Shown one piece after another: positions 12,346 through 25,371 of a DNA stretch of 64,000 bases. The notes under the pieces are model-generated. The model was given only the letters and a program-made list of their open reading frames with translations. It was not told where the DNA came from and did no database searches. The stretch lies in contig NC_086097.1 in assembly GCF_963921235.1 (NCBI RefSeq), positions 247,258,001 to 247,322,000 of the forward strand, given 5' to 3'. A program made the translations under genes and the position numbers. Position 1 is the first letter of the stretch. Each line of letters opens with the position of its first letter. The stretch comes from Mobula hypostoma (lineage: Eukaryota).

Positions 12346-12924
12346 CCTATGCCCAAATCCACAACTTACAATCTGTACGACTCTCCCTTTGAAATTTAGA
12401 AATACTTAACCTGAACACAAGTTGTGTTGTGGCGCGGGTTAGGTAGAAAGTTTAAAATGTTTATAAAAAGCAATTGCAAACTTTCTTTTGACATAAAAAG
12501 CAGATAAAGAAGGAATTGCATTACTAACTACGCAAGACTTCATTTTGGATTTAATTTGTATTTTTATTCCTTGTTTAACCCAGCTGTCACAATGTTGCAT
12601 TAGTTCACCTCTCTGGAGCCTGGTAGGCACTTAATGAGATCATTACTCATTTAAGGTGACAGTATGGCTGACACTAGATTTATTTTTAATTGAACTTGTG
12701 ACATTTTTATGAAGGTGGTGTGTGGCAATCAAATATTTTCACTTGCGCAGAGAGGGTTGTTATTATGGTCTTGTTTCCCCTCAAGTAGTTAAGGAAAGAG
12801 TTGTCCGAGTTCCTACAACTCGTCTCCAGTCACTGCACCCTACAGGAGCCTGTGGCACGATGGAGGTTAAACATAAAGATAAGCCTTATTTCTTGCATGT
12901 AAGTCTAGATACAGTAAGAGTCTG

Positions 12925-13319
12925 AGGAGCCTTAGATTTTTTAATATATGGTTTCAGATGGGATGGCCTTAACAGAGACCTGATCTCATCATCATCGAGG
13001 CTGCCTGGGGTTATCTGGAGAGACACAGGCAAGCCAGGCAGCCAAAGTCAGTAGAAGAAGTGTAGCAAGATGCTTGGAACAACCTACCAGCTGATTTTCT
13101 GATAAAACTGCACACCAGTGTGTACCTAAGAGAATTGAGGTAGTTTTAAAAGCAAAGGGTGGTCACTCCAAATATTGATTTGATTTAGTATTTTGCTGTT
13201 TACTGCTCTTTATGGGATTTTATTGGTATTTAGAAACTTCTCATTTCATTATTTCTGAAAGCATCCTCACTTTACAGATTTTTTTTTACATGTGCCTAAG
13301 ATTTTTGCACGGTACTGTA
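12925..13319 (+). mobile_element. Tc1/mariner transposase 3' relic with right TIR
   Basis: Translates to GWP*QRPDLIIIEAAWGYL...QDAWNNLP...PKRIEVVLKAKGGHSKY*, similar to Tc1 WPxQSPDLNxIE...AKGGxTKY. Ends in tgcctaagatttttgcacggtactgTA. Confidence 0.8.
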
Positions 13320-13713
13320 TACACTGAAATGTTTCAGTTGTGTCAAACCGGATCAGTGAGGATTGTGTTGGGCAGTGTACAATTGTCACCATGCTTCCAG
13401 CACCAACACAGCTTGTCCATAACTCACTAACCCTAACCGGCAAGTCTTTAGAAAGTGGGAGGAACCCACACGGTCACGGAAAGAATGTCTCCTTTCAGAC
13501 AGTGGTGGAATTGAACCCGGGCCGCTGGTGCTGTAATAGTGTTAGGCTAACCACCACAATGCTGTGTTGCTCCAAAGAATCTATGAACACTGTAAGCGTG
13601 GGGGTCACATTGACAACCCTGTCTGCCCCATTTGCCCTGATGGGCAGGAATCGAAAGCCAATCGGTGATCGCTGGCACTGCTGTAGTGTTACGCTAGCTA
13701 CTGCGTTACTGTT

Positions 13714-14351
13714 TAGATTTAGATTAGATTATGAAGACACGTAGTCCTCTTTTATTGTCATTTAGTAATGCATGTATTGAGAAATGATACAATATTTCCT
13801 CCGGTGTGATATCACAAAACACAGGACAGACCAAGACTGAAAAAACTGACAAAACCACATAATTATAACATATAGTTACAACAGTGCAACAATACCATAA
13901 CTTGATGAAGAAGTCCATCAGCACAGTAAAAAGTTCAAAGTCTCTCAAATGTCCCACATCTCACGCAGACGGGAGAAGGAAGAAAAACTCCCCCTGCCAT
14001 GCCCGACCACAGTCCGACTCTGAGTCATCCGAAAACTTCGAGCTCTGATCAGCTCTCCGACACCGAGTACTGAGCGCCATCTCTGTCCGAATGATTCGAT
14101 CTCAACCTCGGTCACCAACAGCAGGGAAAGCCAGGGATTTTGAGGCCTACCCTCTGAAAGATTCCCGACCACACAGTAACAACAGCAGCGAATGAGCGTT
14201 TCAGAAATTTCTCCAGATGTTCCTCTGTGATTTCACGTCCATTCTCCATCAAATCAGAATTGTCCACGGCTCCTATTTAACAGATACGATATCATTTTTC
14301 ACCGGAGGGCTGCGCACACGCGGCGCGCTGCTCTCTCTCCTCCTCTCCTCC
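13714..14351 (-). mobile_element. ~630-bp non-autonomous retroposon, copy 1
   Basis: High identity to 19110-19686 and 27120-27693. AATAAA plus (TAATC)n tail. 7-bp flanking duplication TACTGTT at 13707-13713 and 14352-14358. Confidence 0.85.
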
Positions 14352-14425
14352 TACTGTTCCACCTCAGATTAGCTTCAGTTGTCACATAGACATCAAAACA
14401 TTGAAACACACAGCGAAATGCGTCA

Positions 14426-14676
14426 AAGCAACACGCACAAAACGCTGGAGGAACTCAGCAGGTCGGGCAGCTTCCGTGGAAATGAACAGTCAACGTTTCG
14501 GACCGAGACCCTTCGTCAGGACTGAAGAGGGAGGGGGCAGGAGCCCTATAAAGAAGGTGGGGTCTCGGCCCGAAACGTCGACCGTTCTTTTCCACGGATG
14601 CTGCCCAACCTGCTGAGTTCCTCCAGCGTTTTGTGCGTGTTGCTTTGACCCCAGCAGCAGCAGAGTATTTTGTGTT
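14426..14676. mobile_element. Fold-back Penelope-like insertion within a SINE
   Basis: Inverted arms at ~14422-14511 and ~14559-14649. TSD GAAATGCGTCA at 14415-14425 and 14680-14690. Confidence 0.82.
14487..14524 (-). ncRNA. Minimal type-I hammerhead ribozyme
   Basis: CAGUC CUGACGA AGGGUCUCGGUCC GAAAC GUU GACUG, with a 5-bp Watson-Crick stem I. Confidence 0.72.
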
Positions 14677-15019
14677 AGTGAAATGCGTCATTTGCATCAA
14701 TGACCAACACAGTCTGAGTTTGTGCTGACGGCAGCCCGCCTCCGGTGCCAACAGAGCAAACCTGCAACTTACTAACCCTAACATGTATGTCTTTGGAATG
14801 TGGGAGGAAACCGGAGCATCCGGAGGAACACACACAAAATGCTGGAGGAACTCAGCAGGCCAGGCGGCATCTATGGAAAAAGTAAACAGTTGACGTTTCA
14901 GGCCGAGACCCTTAGGCAGGACAGGGCATCTAGAGGAAACCCACATGGTCACGGGGAGATCGTACAAACTTCGAGGGGATTTGAACCTCAATCTCTGGTG
15001 CGGTAAGGCGCACTACCAT

Positions 15020-15476
15020 GCATGCCTCCTCTACTGTAAAGATGAAGCCAACACTCAGTTTGGAGGAACAACACCTTATATTCCGTCTGGGTAGCCTCCA
15101 ACCTGATGACATGAACATTGACTTCTCTAACTTCCACTAATGCCCCACCTCCCCCTCGTACTCCATCCGTTATTTATTTGTATACACACATTCTTTCTCT
15201 CTCTCTCCTTTTTCTCCCTCTGTCCCTCTGACTATACCCCTTGCCCATCCTCTGGGCTTTTCTCCCCCTCCCCCTTTTCCTTCTCCCTGGGCCTCCTGTC
15301 CCATGATCCTCTCATATCCCTTTTGCCAATCACCTGTCCAGCTCTTGGCTCCATCCCTCCCCCTCCTGTCTTCTCCTATCATTTTGGATCTTCCCCTCTC
15401 CTCCCACTTTCAAATCTCTTACTAGCTCTTCCTTCAGTTAGTCCTGACGAAGGGTCTCGGCCCGAAACGTTGACTT
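15020..15476 (+). mobile_element. Penelope-like 3' fragment
   Basis: Encodes KDEATLSLEEQHLIFRLGSLQPDDMNIDFSNFH*, followed by a pyrimidine-rich 3'UTR like 49440-49750. Confidence 0.88.
15439..15475 (+). ncRNA. Minimal type-I hammerhead ribozyme
   Basis: TAGTC CTGACGA AGGGTCTCGGCCC GAAAC GTT GACT. Confidence 0.72.
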
Positions 15477-16654
15477 CCTAGTGGTGCTGATGTGTGATGT
15501 GTGACTTTGATGTGAGATGCTGTTCAATTGATCGTTATCAGTTTTTTCTGATCAGCATTTACATTCTTAGATCATGAATGCCCATGTACTCTCCATGTAA
15601 CAAAGTAATGGGACAATAAAGATGCACATGAAACTAAACCTCAAAAAGTTTGCCTGCTGAATTGGATCAGGTCGGGCTGTGGTCTCCATTGAGGTCACGG
15701 CTCAGACTATCAGGATGTGTGCTGTCAACATCGGAACCCAAGTGCGGAGGAAAGACGGACTCCGCTGTAAAGACGGTGATTAGAGTCTATTCATAATAAT
15801 TACAAAAGAACATTAGTGGCTTTGCTGAGAGAAGTAACATTCTCAAAACGAAGACCACGTGATTAGTACTAATTTTGCGTTTGCATAAATAATACAATTA
15901 ACACAGAATTCCTTAGTTTATCAAAACAAATTTAACAGGTTGGAACAGAAAGCACCAGGAGACCCATTACAAAGAGCGAGTCGCTTGAGAAAAACACAAG
16001 GGAATTCTAAAGGATTAACAACTCTCGTTAAACAACAATTAACCAATTCCGGAGCTCTAAGATCTTCTGAGCCCATTTCTCTCTGGTGCCCCACACAGGC
16101 CTGAAGAGCTCATTACACAGGTATAGTTTACTGATCGGTGGGGAAAGTTTTGGGGGCAGCACATGGAATTAGTTGTCAGTTTAGTGTTTAAGGACAGAGA
16201 TTAAGAGGAGTTAGAGGTCAGGGCCAGTAAATGAAGGGTCAAGGTCAGGATCCATCGTTAAGGACCGCTATCTCCTAGGACGCGTTCTCTTCTTATTACT
16301 ACCATCAGGGAGGAGGTACAGGACCCTGAAGACACCCAGCTTCTTCCCCTCTGATGTCAGATTTCTGAATTGTCCATGAATGCTTTCTATTTTTGCTCTG
16401 TTTTTGCATTAATTATTTTTTCATATACACTTACTGTAAAATTCTCTTATATTTTACGTATTGCTGTGTACTGCTGCCGCAAAACAACAAAATTCACATT
16501 ACATTTCAAGCAGCATCCATCATCTAAAATCTCCACCATCCAGGTCACATTCTCTTCCTGCTGCTGCCATCCGGAAAGAGGTACAGGAGTCTTAGATCCC
16601 ACACACCAAGGTCAGGAACAGTTACCACCCTTCAACCACTGGGCTCCTCATTCA

Positions 16655-16990
16655 AGACTAGAATGTAAAAGCAAGGATTGATGCTGAGGCTTTAAAAGGG
16701 ATTGGAGCATTGTGAGCAGTTTTGGCTACTTATCTAAGAAAAGACGTGCTGGCATTGGAGAAGGTCCAGAGGAAGTTCACAAGAATGATTTTGGGAATGA
16801 AAGGCTTAATGTATGAGGAGTGATGAAGAATGAGGGGGGAATCTCAAAGGAAACTGTCAAATATTGAAAGGACTAGATAGAGTGGACGTGGAGAGAATGC
16901 TTCCTGTAGTGGGGGAGTCTCAGACCAGAGGGCACAACCTTGAAATAGAGGGACGTTCCTTTAGAATGGAGTTGAGGAGGGAATTCTTTT
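16655..16990 (+). mobile_element. Decayed CR1 fragment
   Basis: Similar to the other CR1 RT C-terminal copies. Confidence 0.7.
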
Positions 16991-19109
16991 ACAGTAGGTA
17001 TTCTTCTGTAAACACCCGCAAAAAATAAATCTCAAGGTGGTATATGGTGACATACAGTATACGTACTCCGATAATAAATTTAGTTTGAACTCTGATAATA
17101 AACCTGATTTTAAATCTCATCCCAGTCCTCAGTTAGATGCTGCAAGTCCATTTCTTGTGTTGAATGCCAAGTGTGCCACACTAATGTGCCAGGAGTGTGG
17201 AGAAGAACCTTCTCGGTGGGCAGTAGAGAGGGATTTGGAGTTCTCTGCTGTGCCACTTACTTCTACAATGAGAAGTGACACATTTACTCTTTGAATCTCT
17301 CCATACGACCGTACTTTCTGATCCAGGTTTCTTTTTCAATGCCCTGTTGAAACTGCAGATTTAATCTTTGTTCCAAAGCATGATGACAAGACGGACAACT
17401 GAATTCTTTTAAGGCGTTTCTAGTTGATTTGGGTAAGCAAGCAATTCTAACAAACTTAAATAACAGAATAATTTCTAGACTGGCTTTTAAAAAAGAAAAA
17501 AAGGAAGGAAGATTAGCTTTATTTGTCATATATAACTTGAAACACACATAAAATGCTGGAGGAACTCAGCAGGTTGGGCAGCATCTATGGAGGGGAATAA
17601 GCGGTCGAAGTTTTGGGGTGAGAACGTTCATAACTACATTGTTTGCATTCCACAACCTACAGACTCACTTTCAAAGACTCTCCAACAGATGTTCTCAGAT
17701 TTAGTAATTTGTTTGTAGGCATAGATTGTTCTCCTTTGTGCATTTGGATTTGTGCTGGGCGGCCCACAGGCGTCACTATGCTTCTGGCATCAACATAGCA
17801 TGCCGACAACTGACTAGAGCTAACCCGTACGCCTGCAGACTGTGGGAGGAAACCCTCACAATCACAAAGAGAACATATAAACTCTTTATAGACAGTGCTG
17901 GGAATCGAACCCTGATCTCTTGTTAGTAAAGTGTTACACTAACCATTACGCTACTCTAATAAGTTTTTATGCTAACTTGGTACAATAATCAGACTGATTT
18001 TAATAAATAGTTTTATTGTATTATAAACAATTAAAAGTGAGGGGGCCTCAGTGAATAAATTTGATGAATTATGTTACAAATGACTGACTTATTGACTGAC
18101 CTGTAACAAGATGCATTTATTGCTGATTTAACTCATGTGGCTATGATTTTGCCTCTGGGTACCTTGGTCATCGATGGAAACACCCATTATGAACTGGTAA
18201 TCCATTTTATATGATTCCTTTTCCATTGATTACAAATGTAGTAAAACTCCTTTAATCGAAAGCAGTTTGACAATTGGATTATTTTGCTCTGCTGCACATA
18301 ACAGCTGCATTACTCATTTGTTTTTAGGCCCCCAACCCCCGCCACTCTAAACAACTTTTACGGGAACACTATCGAGAGTGCCCCGACCATCTGCAGCAGC
18401 GTCTGGAACGCGAATTGCAAGGCATCTGGCCACAAGACCCTACAAAAAATAACGAGGATTGCTGAGGGGGTTACCAGGGTCTCTCCCATCACCCCATCAC
18501 CCAGGACATGCTCTTTTCTCATTGCTACCGTCAGGGAGGAGGTACAGAAGCCTGAAGACACACACTCAACGATTCAAGAACAGCTTCTTCCCCTCTGCCA
18601 TCAGATTTTTGAATGGACATTGAACCCATGAAGACTAACTCACTACTTTTTGTTTCTATTTTTGCACTACATATTTAACTACTTAATATATATATACTTG
18701 TAATTCACAAATTTTTTTCTCTATTATTATGTATTGCACTGTACTGCTGCCCGAAAGTTGACAAATTTCACGACACATGCCGGTGATATTAAACCGGATT
18801 CTGATTCTCTTCCACCCTTTAGAGAGATTTACCAGGAACACTGCATGAGCAGGGCCTTTTAGAATTGTCAGTGATCCCTCTCATCTGTCCAGCAATCTCC
18901 TTTACCCCCCACCATCAGGAAATCTGCATTAGGACAAGGACTCTTCAGGTGGGAAACAGCTATACCCCCCAAACTCCTGAGCTCCCTGCCACCGCCCGGG
19001 TCTCTCACAGCAGCATTATACAGTTTACTTTTTAACTTGTGTTGTAAATGCACCTGATGCTAAATGTCAATCCTCTAGAATATATTTTATTATTCAGCAC
19101 TCCAGTGAA

Positions 19110-19686
19110 ATGATATCTTATTTGTAAGTAGGATGCGGTGCACAATTCTGATTTGATGGAGACAGACGTGAGAAGGCACAGAGGAACATCTGGAGAGATT
19201 TCTGGAATGCCCAGTTCGCTGCCGCTGCTACTGTGCAATCGAGAATCTCCGGAGGGAAGGCCCCAAAATCCCCGGCTTTGCCTGCTGCTGGCAACCGAGG
19301 CTGAGGTCGAAGTGTTCAACAGAGATGGCGCTCGGTACTCGGTGTCGAAGGGCTGATTGGAGCTCGAAGTTTTTCGGACGACTCAGAGTCGGACTGTGGT
19401 CGGGCATGGCAGGGAGAGTTTTCTTCCTTCTCCCGTCTGCGTGAGATGTGGGACTTCCGAGAGACTTTGAACTTTTTTACTGTGCCATGGACTGTTCTTC
19501 ATCAAGTTATGGTATTGTTGCACTGTTGAAACTATATGTTATAATTATGTGGTTTTTGTTAGTTTTTCAGTCTTGGTCTGTCCTGTGTTTCTGTGATATC
19601 ACACCGGAGGAATATTGTATCATTTCTTAATGCATGCATTACTAAATGACAATAAAAGAGGACTGCGTGTCCTCATAATCTAATCT
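19110..19686 (+). mobile_element. ~630-bp non-autonomous retroposon, copy 2
   Basis: Similar to 13714-14351 and 27120-27693, with the same tail catgcattactaaatgacaataaaagaggact...taatctaatc. Confidence 0.85.
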
Positions 19687-19740
19687 TAAAGAAAATTAAT
19701 TTGTGGCAATATTATTTTATATATTGTGTGTCAGTGATAT

Positions 19741-19812
19741 AGTACTGTGTAAAGGTCTTAGGCACATGTAGCTATGTAGCTAGGGTACCTGTGAATTTGG
19801 CACAGTACTGTA
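19741..19812. mobile_element. Tiny Tc1-type MITE
   Basis: agtactgtgtaaaggtcttaggcac...gtacctgtgaatttggcacagtactgta matches the Tc1 TIR at 13293-13319. A further TIR-like copy lies at ~20220-20250. Confidence 0.6.
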
Positions 19813-21396
19813 GTAATTTTATGTATTACACTGTACTGCTCCTGCTGCAAAAAAAAGCAAATTTCATGACGTATGTGAGTGATGATAAATCTGATTCTGA
19901 TATGGGTCTCTATTGTGGACTGAGAGTGGGAAGGGGGCAGGGAGAGGGGAATCATGGTTGGGAAAAGGGGAAGGGAGAGGGGAGGGAGCGGGAAGCACTG
20001 GAGAGACATTCTGTAATGATCAATACGCCAATTGTTTGGAATCAAATGATCTTGCCTGGTGTCTCAGGGCTGGTATCTCTGTGCCCGTGCCACCTTCTGC
20101 TCCTGGCACTCCTCTGCCATCTGTCCCACGCCCCTCCCACGGCACTCCACCCTCACAAATCCCAACATCCTTTGCTCCCGCCAGATTTACAAACTCGCTC
20201 TCTGCTTCATATTGACAGATACAGTGCAGTGCAAAAGTCTTAGACACCCGAGTCTGAAATTGTGCCTCAGACCCTTGCACTGGACTGTACATACTTCGTT
20301 AATACATCTTCTTTGAACTTTGAAGTGGGTAAAGGAAGAGAAAGAGTTTCTACTTGAACATCCAAAACTAGGGATGATAAATGTGAAATCCAGTAATAAT
20401 CCAATGAAGGTATAGAAAAAGTGACTTCACCCCAAGCGTGCATATAGTTTTGTTACAGAGAAGGCCAAAGTCTTTTCAAGGAAGTGCAAGATATGGACAA
20501 GAAGGAGAAAGGAAAAGGAAAGGGTAGGATGAGAGAACGAAATGGGTGCATGGAGCAATGTGGTGGCATAGACTAGGTGTGCTGACGTCTGTCCCCATGC
20601 CAAAAACTCCATGTGATTTGCCCCTGTTCTGGCAACCCGTCCTCAGGAAGTCAGGAGAACACATGGGGGGTCAGCAGTGGAAAGGATGGGCACCCTCAAG
20701 TTCCTGGCTGTCACTATCTCTAAAGGCCCAACTTATGGATGCAATTACAAAGAAGGTTCTCCAGTGGCTATATTTCATTAGGAGCTTGAGGAGATTTTGT
20801 ACGTCACCAAAGACTCCAGTGAATTTGTACGGAGGTACTGCAGAGAGCTTTCTGACTGGTTGCATCACCATCGGTACAGAGGGGCCACTGCACAGGATCG
20901 GAAAAAGCTGGAGAGAGTTGTAAACTCAGCCAGCTCCATCATGGGCACCAGCCTCCCCAGAATCGAAGACATCTTCAAAAGGTGACGCCTCAGCAAGTCG
21001 GCATCCACCACTAAAGACCCTCACCATCCAGGACCTGCCCTCATCAGGGAGAAGGTGCAGCATCCTGAAGACACACACTGACCGTTTTAGGAACAGCTTC
21101 TTCCCCTCTGTCAGCGGATTTCACGAACGTGATCTCACTACTTGCTCTATTTTTGCATTACTTATTTCCTTGTTTGTATTGCACCATACTGCTGCTGCAA
21201 AACAACACAATTCATGACACACGGCAATGATAACAATCCTGATTCTGAGTAAGACAGAGAGGAGAATTACACCATTTGGCCTTTTGAGTCAAATCTGCCA
21301 GCACTTGGAACTACAGTGCAATATCTGACTTCTCTCGTCAAGTACTTGGAGAAAAGCTGTTTCCGTTTCTGAAAACCCTAGTCCTGCTGATATTAA

Positions 21397-22364
21397 GCAA
21401 CACACACAAAATGCTGGAGGAACTCAGCAGGCCAGGCAGCATAGAACCATAGAACACGATGGCACAGAAAACAGGCCATTCGGCCCTTCTAGTCTGTGCC
21501 AAAACTTTATTCCGCTAGGCCCATTGACCTGCACCCAGTCCATGACCCTCCAGACCTCTCCCATCCATGTACCTATCCAATTTATTCTTAACATTTAAGA
21601 GTGAGCCCGCATTTACCACGTCAGATGGCAGCTCGTTCCACACTCCCATCACTCTCTGAGTGAAGAAGTTCCCCCTAATGTTCCCCCTAAACCTTTCCCC
21701 TTTCACCCTAAAGCCATGTCCTCTCATATTTATCTCTCCTAGTCTAAGTGGAATGAGCCTACTCACATTTACTCTGGCTATCCCCTCATAATTTTGTAAA
21801 CCTCTATCAAATCTCCCCTCATTCCTCTAAGCTCCAAGGAATAAAGTCCTAACCTGTTCAATCTTTCCCTGTAACTCAACTCCTGAAGACCCAGTAACAT
21901 CCTAGTAAATCTTCTCTGCACTCTTTCAATCTTACTGATATCCTTCCTATAGTTAGGTGACTAGAACTGCACACAATAAGAGTACAGTCTACGTTTCAGG
22001 CCAAGACCTTTCATTAGGACTGGAAAGGAAGAGGAGAAGTCAGAAAAAGAAGGTGGGGGGAGGGGAGGAAGATGCACAAGATAGTTGGTGATAGGTGTAA
22101 TAGGGAGAGGGGGAGGGTCGAAGTAAAGAGCTGGGAAGTTGATTGGTGAAAGAGGTACAGGGCTGGAGAAGGGGGAACCTGATAGAAGAGGACAGAAGGC
22201 CATGGAAGAAAGAAAAGGGGGAGGAGCACCAGAGGGAGGTGATGGGCAGGCACGGAGATGAGGTGAGAGAGGGAAAAGGGAATGGGGAATTGTGAAGTGA
22301 GGGGGAGGGTCTGCAAAATTACCAGAAATGAGAGAAATTGATGTTCATGCTATCAGGTTGGAGT
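21397..22364 (-). mobile_element. PLE-derived element with a nested CR1 3' fragment (~21441-21977)
   Basis: 13-bp TSD CTGCTGATATTAA at 21384-21396 and 22365-22377. Degenerate hammerhead at ~21984-22022. The nested part encodes GNFFTQRVMGVWNELP. Confidence 0.8.
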
Positions 22365-23009
22365 CTGCTGATATTAACATCTTCACAATAGCAATTATGA
22401 AAATACGGATTATGAGAAGTTGTGTTTTTATCAGCTAGTCAATAATATTGTCAGCAGCAGAGAACAGTGTTGTACCGAGTGAAATAACTATCTCATGCAT
22501 GTGATTGCATGTGCTGCCCAAAATGAATTAAAGGCCACTGTGGGAAATAACCACTGTTTCAGAATATCATTTATTGGCGTTTAACCACTGCTTTTTTCTG
22601 GTCTCACCGATTTAAATTGAGGGATTCTAGTCATCTTCTGAAAATAATCATAAAATCTTCAAAATATTTTGTCCTTAACAATTTCCCTCTACACCGAGAC
22701 ACAGCTCTGAAGCTGAATCATTTTAAACAGAACATGCAGAAGGAATTTCCAAACAAAAATTAATAAAGCATGAAAGGTTAGGCTGCAAGATTTGGTGAGA
22801 CCTGTGTGTTGTTGAGACAATCTTTCTATAATGTCTGTTGTGTGCACCTGAAATAGAATGATTCATCAGATCAGGGTCCACGGTGACAAGCCTCATCATT
22901 CAGCCCTCTGAGTACTGATGGAGCAATTCTGAACCTGCACAATAAAAATAACAAGGTCAGCAATTCACTGTATATCTTTGCTTAAATGAGCTTTCTCTTG
23001 AGATATTCT

Positions 23010-23794
23010 GTTTATGCGTGTGCATGCGCGTCTGTGTGTGTACAGTGCGTGTGTGTGTATATTTGTGTATGTGTGCGTACATTTGTATCTGCAAATCTCT
23101 GTGTGTGTATATGTGTGTTTGTGTGCGTTTGCATGTGTGTGTGTGTGTGTACGTGCGCATGCAGGCGTCTGTCTGTGCGAGTATGTTTGTGCTTGTGAAT
23201 GTGTGTGTGCATATTTGTGTGTGTGAGTTTGCATGTGTGTATGTATGTATGTGTAAATATGTACGTGTATGTGTGTGTCTGTGTGAGTGTGTACATGTGT
23301 GTGTGTGTATGTGTGTATGTGTGAGTGTGTGTGTCTGTGTGAGTGTGTACATGTGTGAGTGTGTGTGTGTGTCTGTGTGAGTGTGTACATGTGTGAGTGT
23401 GTGTGTATGTGTGTATGTGTGAGTGTGTGTATGTGTGTATGTGTGTGTGTGTGTATGTGTGTTTGTGTGAGTGTGTATGTGTGTGTATGTGTGTGAGTGT
23501 GTGTGTGTGTATGTGTGTGAGTGTGTATGTGTGTGTGTATGTGTATGTGTGTGTGTGTATGTGTGTGTGTGAGTGTGTATGTATGTATGTGTGTGTGTGC
23601 ATGTGTGTGTGTGTGTGTGTATGTGTGAGTGTGTATGTGTGTGTGTGTATGTGTGTGTGTATGTGTGAGTGTGTGTGTGTGTGTATGTGTGTATGTGTGA
23701 GTGTGTATGTGTGTGTGTGTATGTGTGTGTGTATGTGTGAGTGTGTATGTATGTGTGTGTGTATGTGTGAGTGTGTGTGTGTGTATGTGTGAGT

Positions 23795-23846
<52 letters not shown>

Positions 23847-23896
23847 GTGTATGTGAGTGTGTGTGTATGTGTGTATGTGTGAGTGTGTATATGTAT
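23010..23896. repeat. Compound (TG)n microsatellite with TGTA/TGAG interruptions
   Basis: Directly visible. It generates the spurious HT/CV-repeat ORFs. A second tract lies at 24455-24528. Confidence 0.97.
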
Positions 23897-24450
23897 GGTT
23901 CCTAAGATTGTCATAGCCGGGAGGTAGTGGGGAATAGCTCCCACTACCTATAAAGTGCTCCAAATGGGGTGCGTCTCTAACAGCCTCTGACCAAGTCCAA
24001 CTCTCGGCCTTCACGCTTGGCTTAGCTACTAGGCCTGGTGGAACTGTTTCCACTGATAAGAGGGGGGGCAAAGGCGGACCACTGGCGCCTCAAAACCAGT
24101 TGCTTCGGGCAGGTGGGGCTCGTCAGCCTCGGACGGCAGCCCGCCCAGGAGAAGGAAAACTCTGATTCTAAACTTCCGCTGCCTTGCAGCCATACAAGGA
24201 ACAAATCTGGAGCCGGGTCCCCAAGGCAGTTTGATGTTGTTTATAACTTCATCCTGGCAACCTCTGCGACGACACTGGTGCCAAGCTGTATTGGCGCTTG
24301 CCCTTCCCTTGGTGTCGTGGAGAGGGGGAACCTGCTGTATGGGCAACAGCCGGTTCTTCAAATCTTCTGGCCTAGGCTTGTGCCTTGGAGAGGGCACAGT
24401 CCATTAGAGGCGCAAACCCATGACCCCCTGGATCGACGTCTGTCTAGTAA
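23897..24450 (+). mobile_element. Non-autonomous, probably RTE-derived element
   Basis: Homologous to 38095-38665. Contains GAAGGAAAACTCTGA, reminiscent of RTE 5' regions. Its 3' part is shared with the SINE at 46175-46492. Confidence 0.6.
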
Positions 24451-24467
24451 TATATGTATATGTGTGG

Positions 24468-24508
<41 letters not shown>

Positions 24509-25371
24509 TGTCTGTGTATGTGTGTGTGTTTTAATTTTTTTAATTTGGAGATTCACCATGGTAACAGGTCCTTCTGGCCCAGTGAGCCCACACCGTCCAA
24601 TTATATCCAAGTGACAAGTTAACCTACCAACCCGTGATTCTTTGGAATGTGGGAAGAAACCCACGTGGTTGACAGGGAGAATTCACAAACTCCTTACAGA
24701 CAGCGGTGGGAATTAAACGCAGGTCGCTGGTGCTAGCATGAGTGAATGAGTACTTTCAAAATGGACCATTCTTGCAATAACAAATCTGTGCCTATGCCTG
24801 GATCACCATATCCTCCATTTCAGTTATCACAACGTTGACATCTAACAATCATTTCAGTAAACCAGAATGCTGAGGTGATCCCAGGAGCAGAAAAGGCTAC
24901 AAAAACCAGTCCATCACAGAGAATCCCCTCCCACCACTGACTACATTTACATGGAGCAAAGCAGCAGCCATCATCGTGAATCCTCACCATCCAGGCCATG
25001 CCCTCAGGCAGGAGGTACAGGAGCCTCAAGACCCACAAAACCGGGTTCAGGAACAGTTATTACCCCTCAACCATCAGGCTCCTGAACCAGCCTGGATAGC
25101 TTCACTCACCTCAACACTAAACTGATTCCACAACCTACAGACTCACTTTCATAGTCCCTACAACTTATGAGTTTATAACAAACATTCTCAGTACAGTAAT
25201 ATTAATATTTCATTCGCACAATTTATCTTCTTTTGCACCTTGGTTGTTTGTCAGTTTTTGTTTCAGGATAGTTTCTCATAAATTCTGTTGAATTTCTTTA
25301 TTTTTCTGTAAATGCCTGCAAGAAAACGAATCTCAAGGTAGTATGTCACATACAGCATATCTCAATTATCA

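Noticed and set aside
21984..22022. Functional hammerhead
   Set aside because: The core is mutated (CUAAUGA). The copies at ~14885, 29315, 48003 and 51240 are similarly decayed.
23905..24065. HDV-like ribozyme in the RTE-like element
   Set aside because: It has an L3-like UUCACG and a CUGA before a P2-like strand, but I could not build P1 followed by the P1.1 GG. A twister-like layout fits better.
22957..24071. Long His/Thr and Cys/Val ORFs of up to 368 aa
   Set aside because: They are translations of the (TG)n microsatellite, which lacks stop codons.
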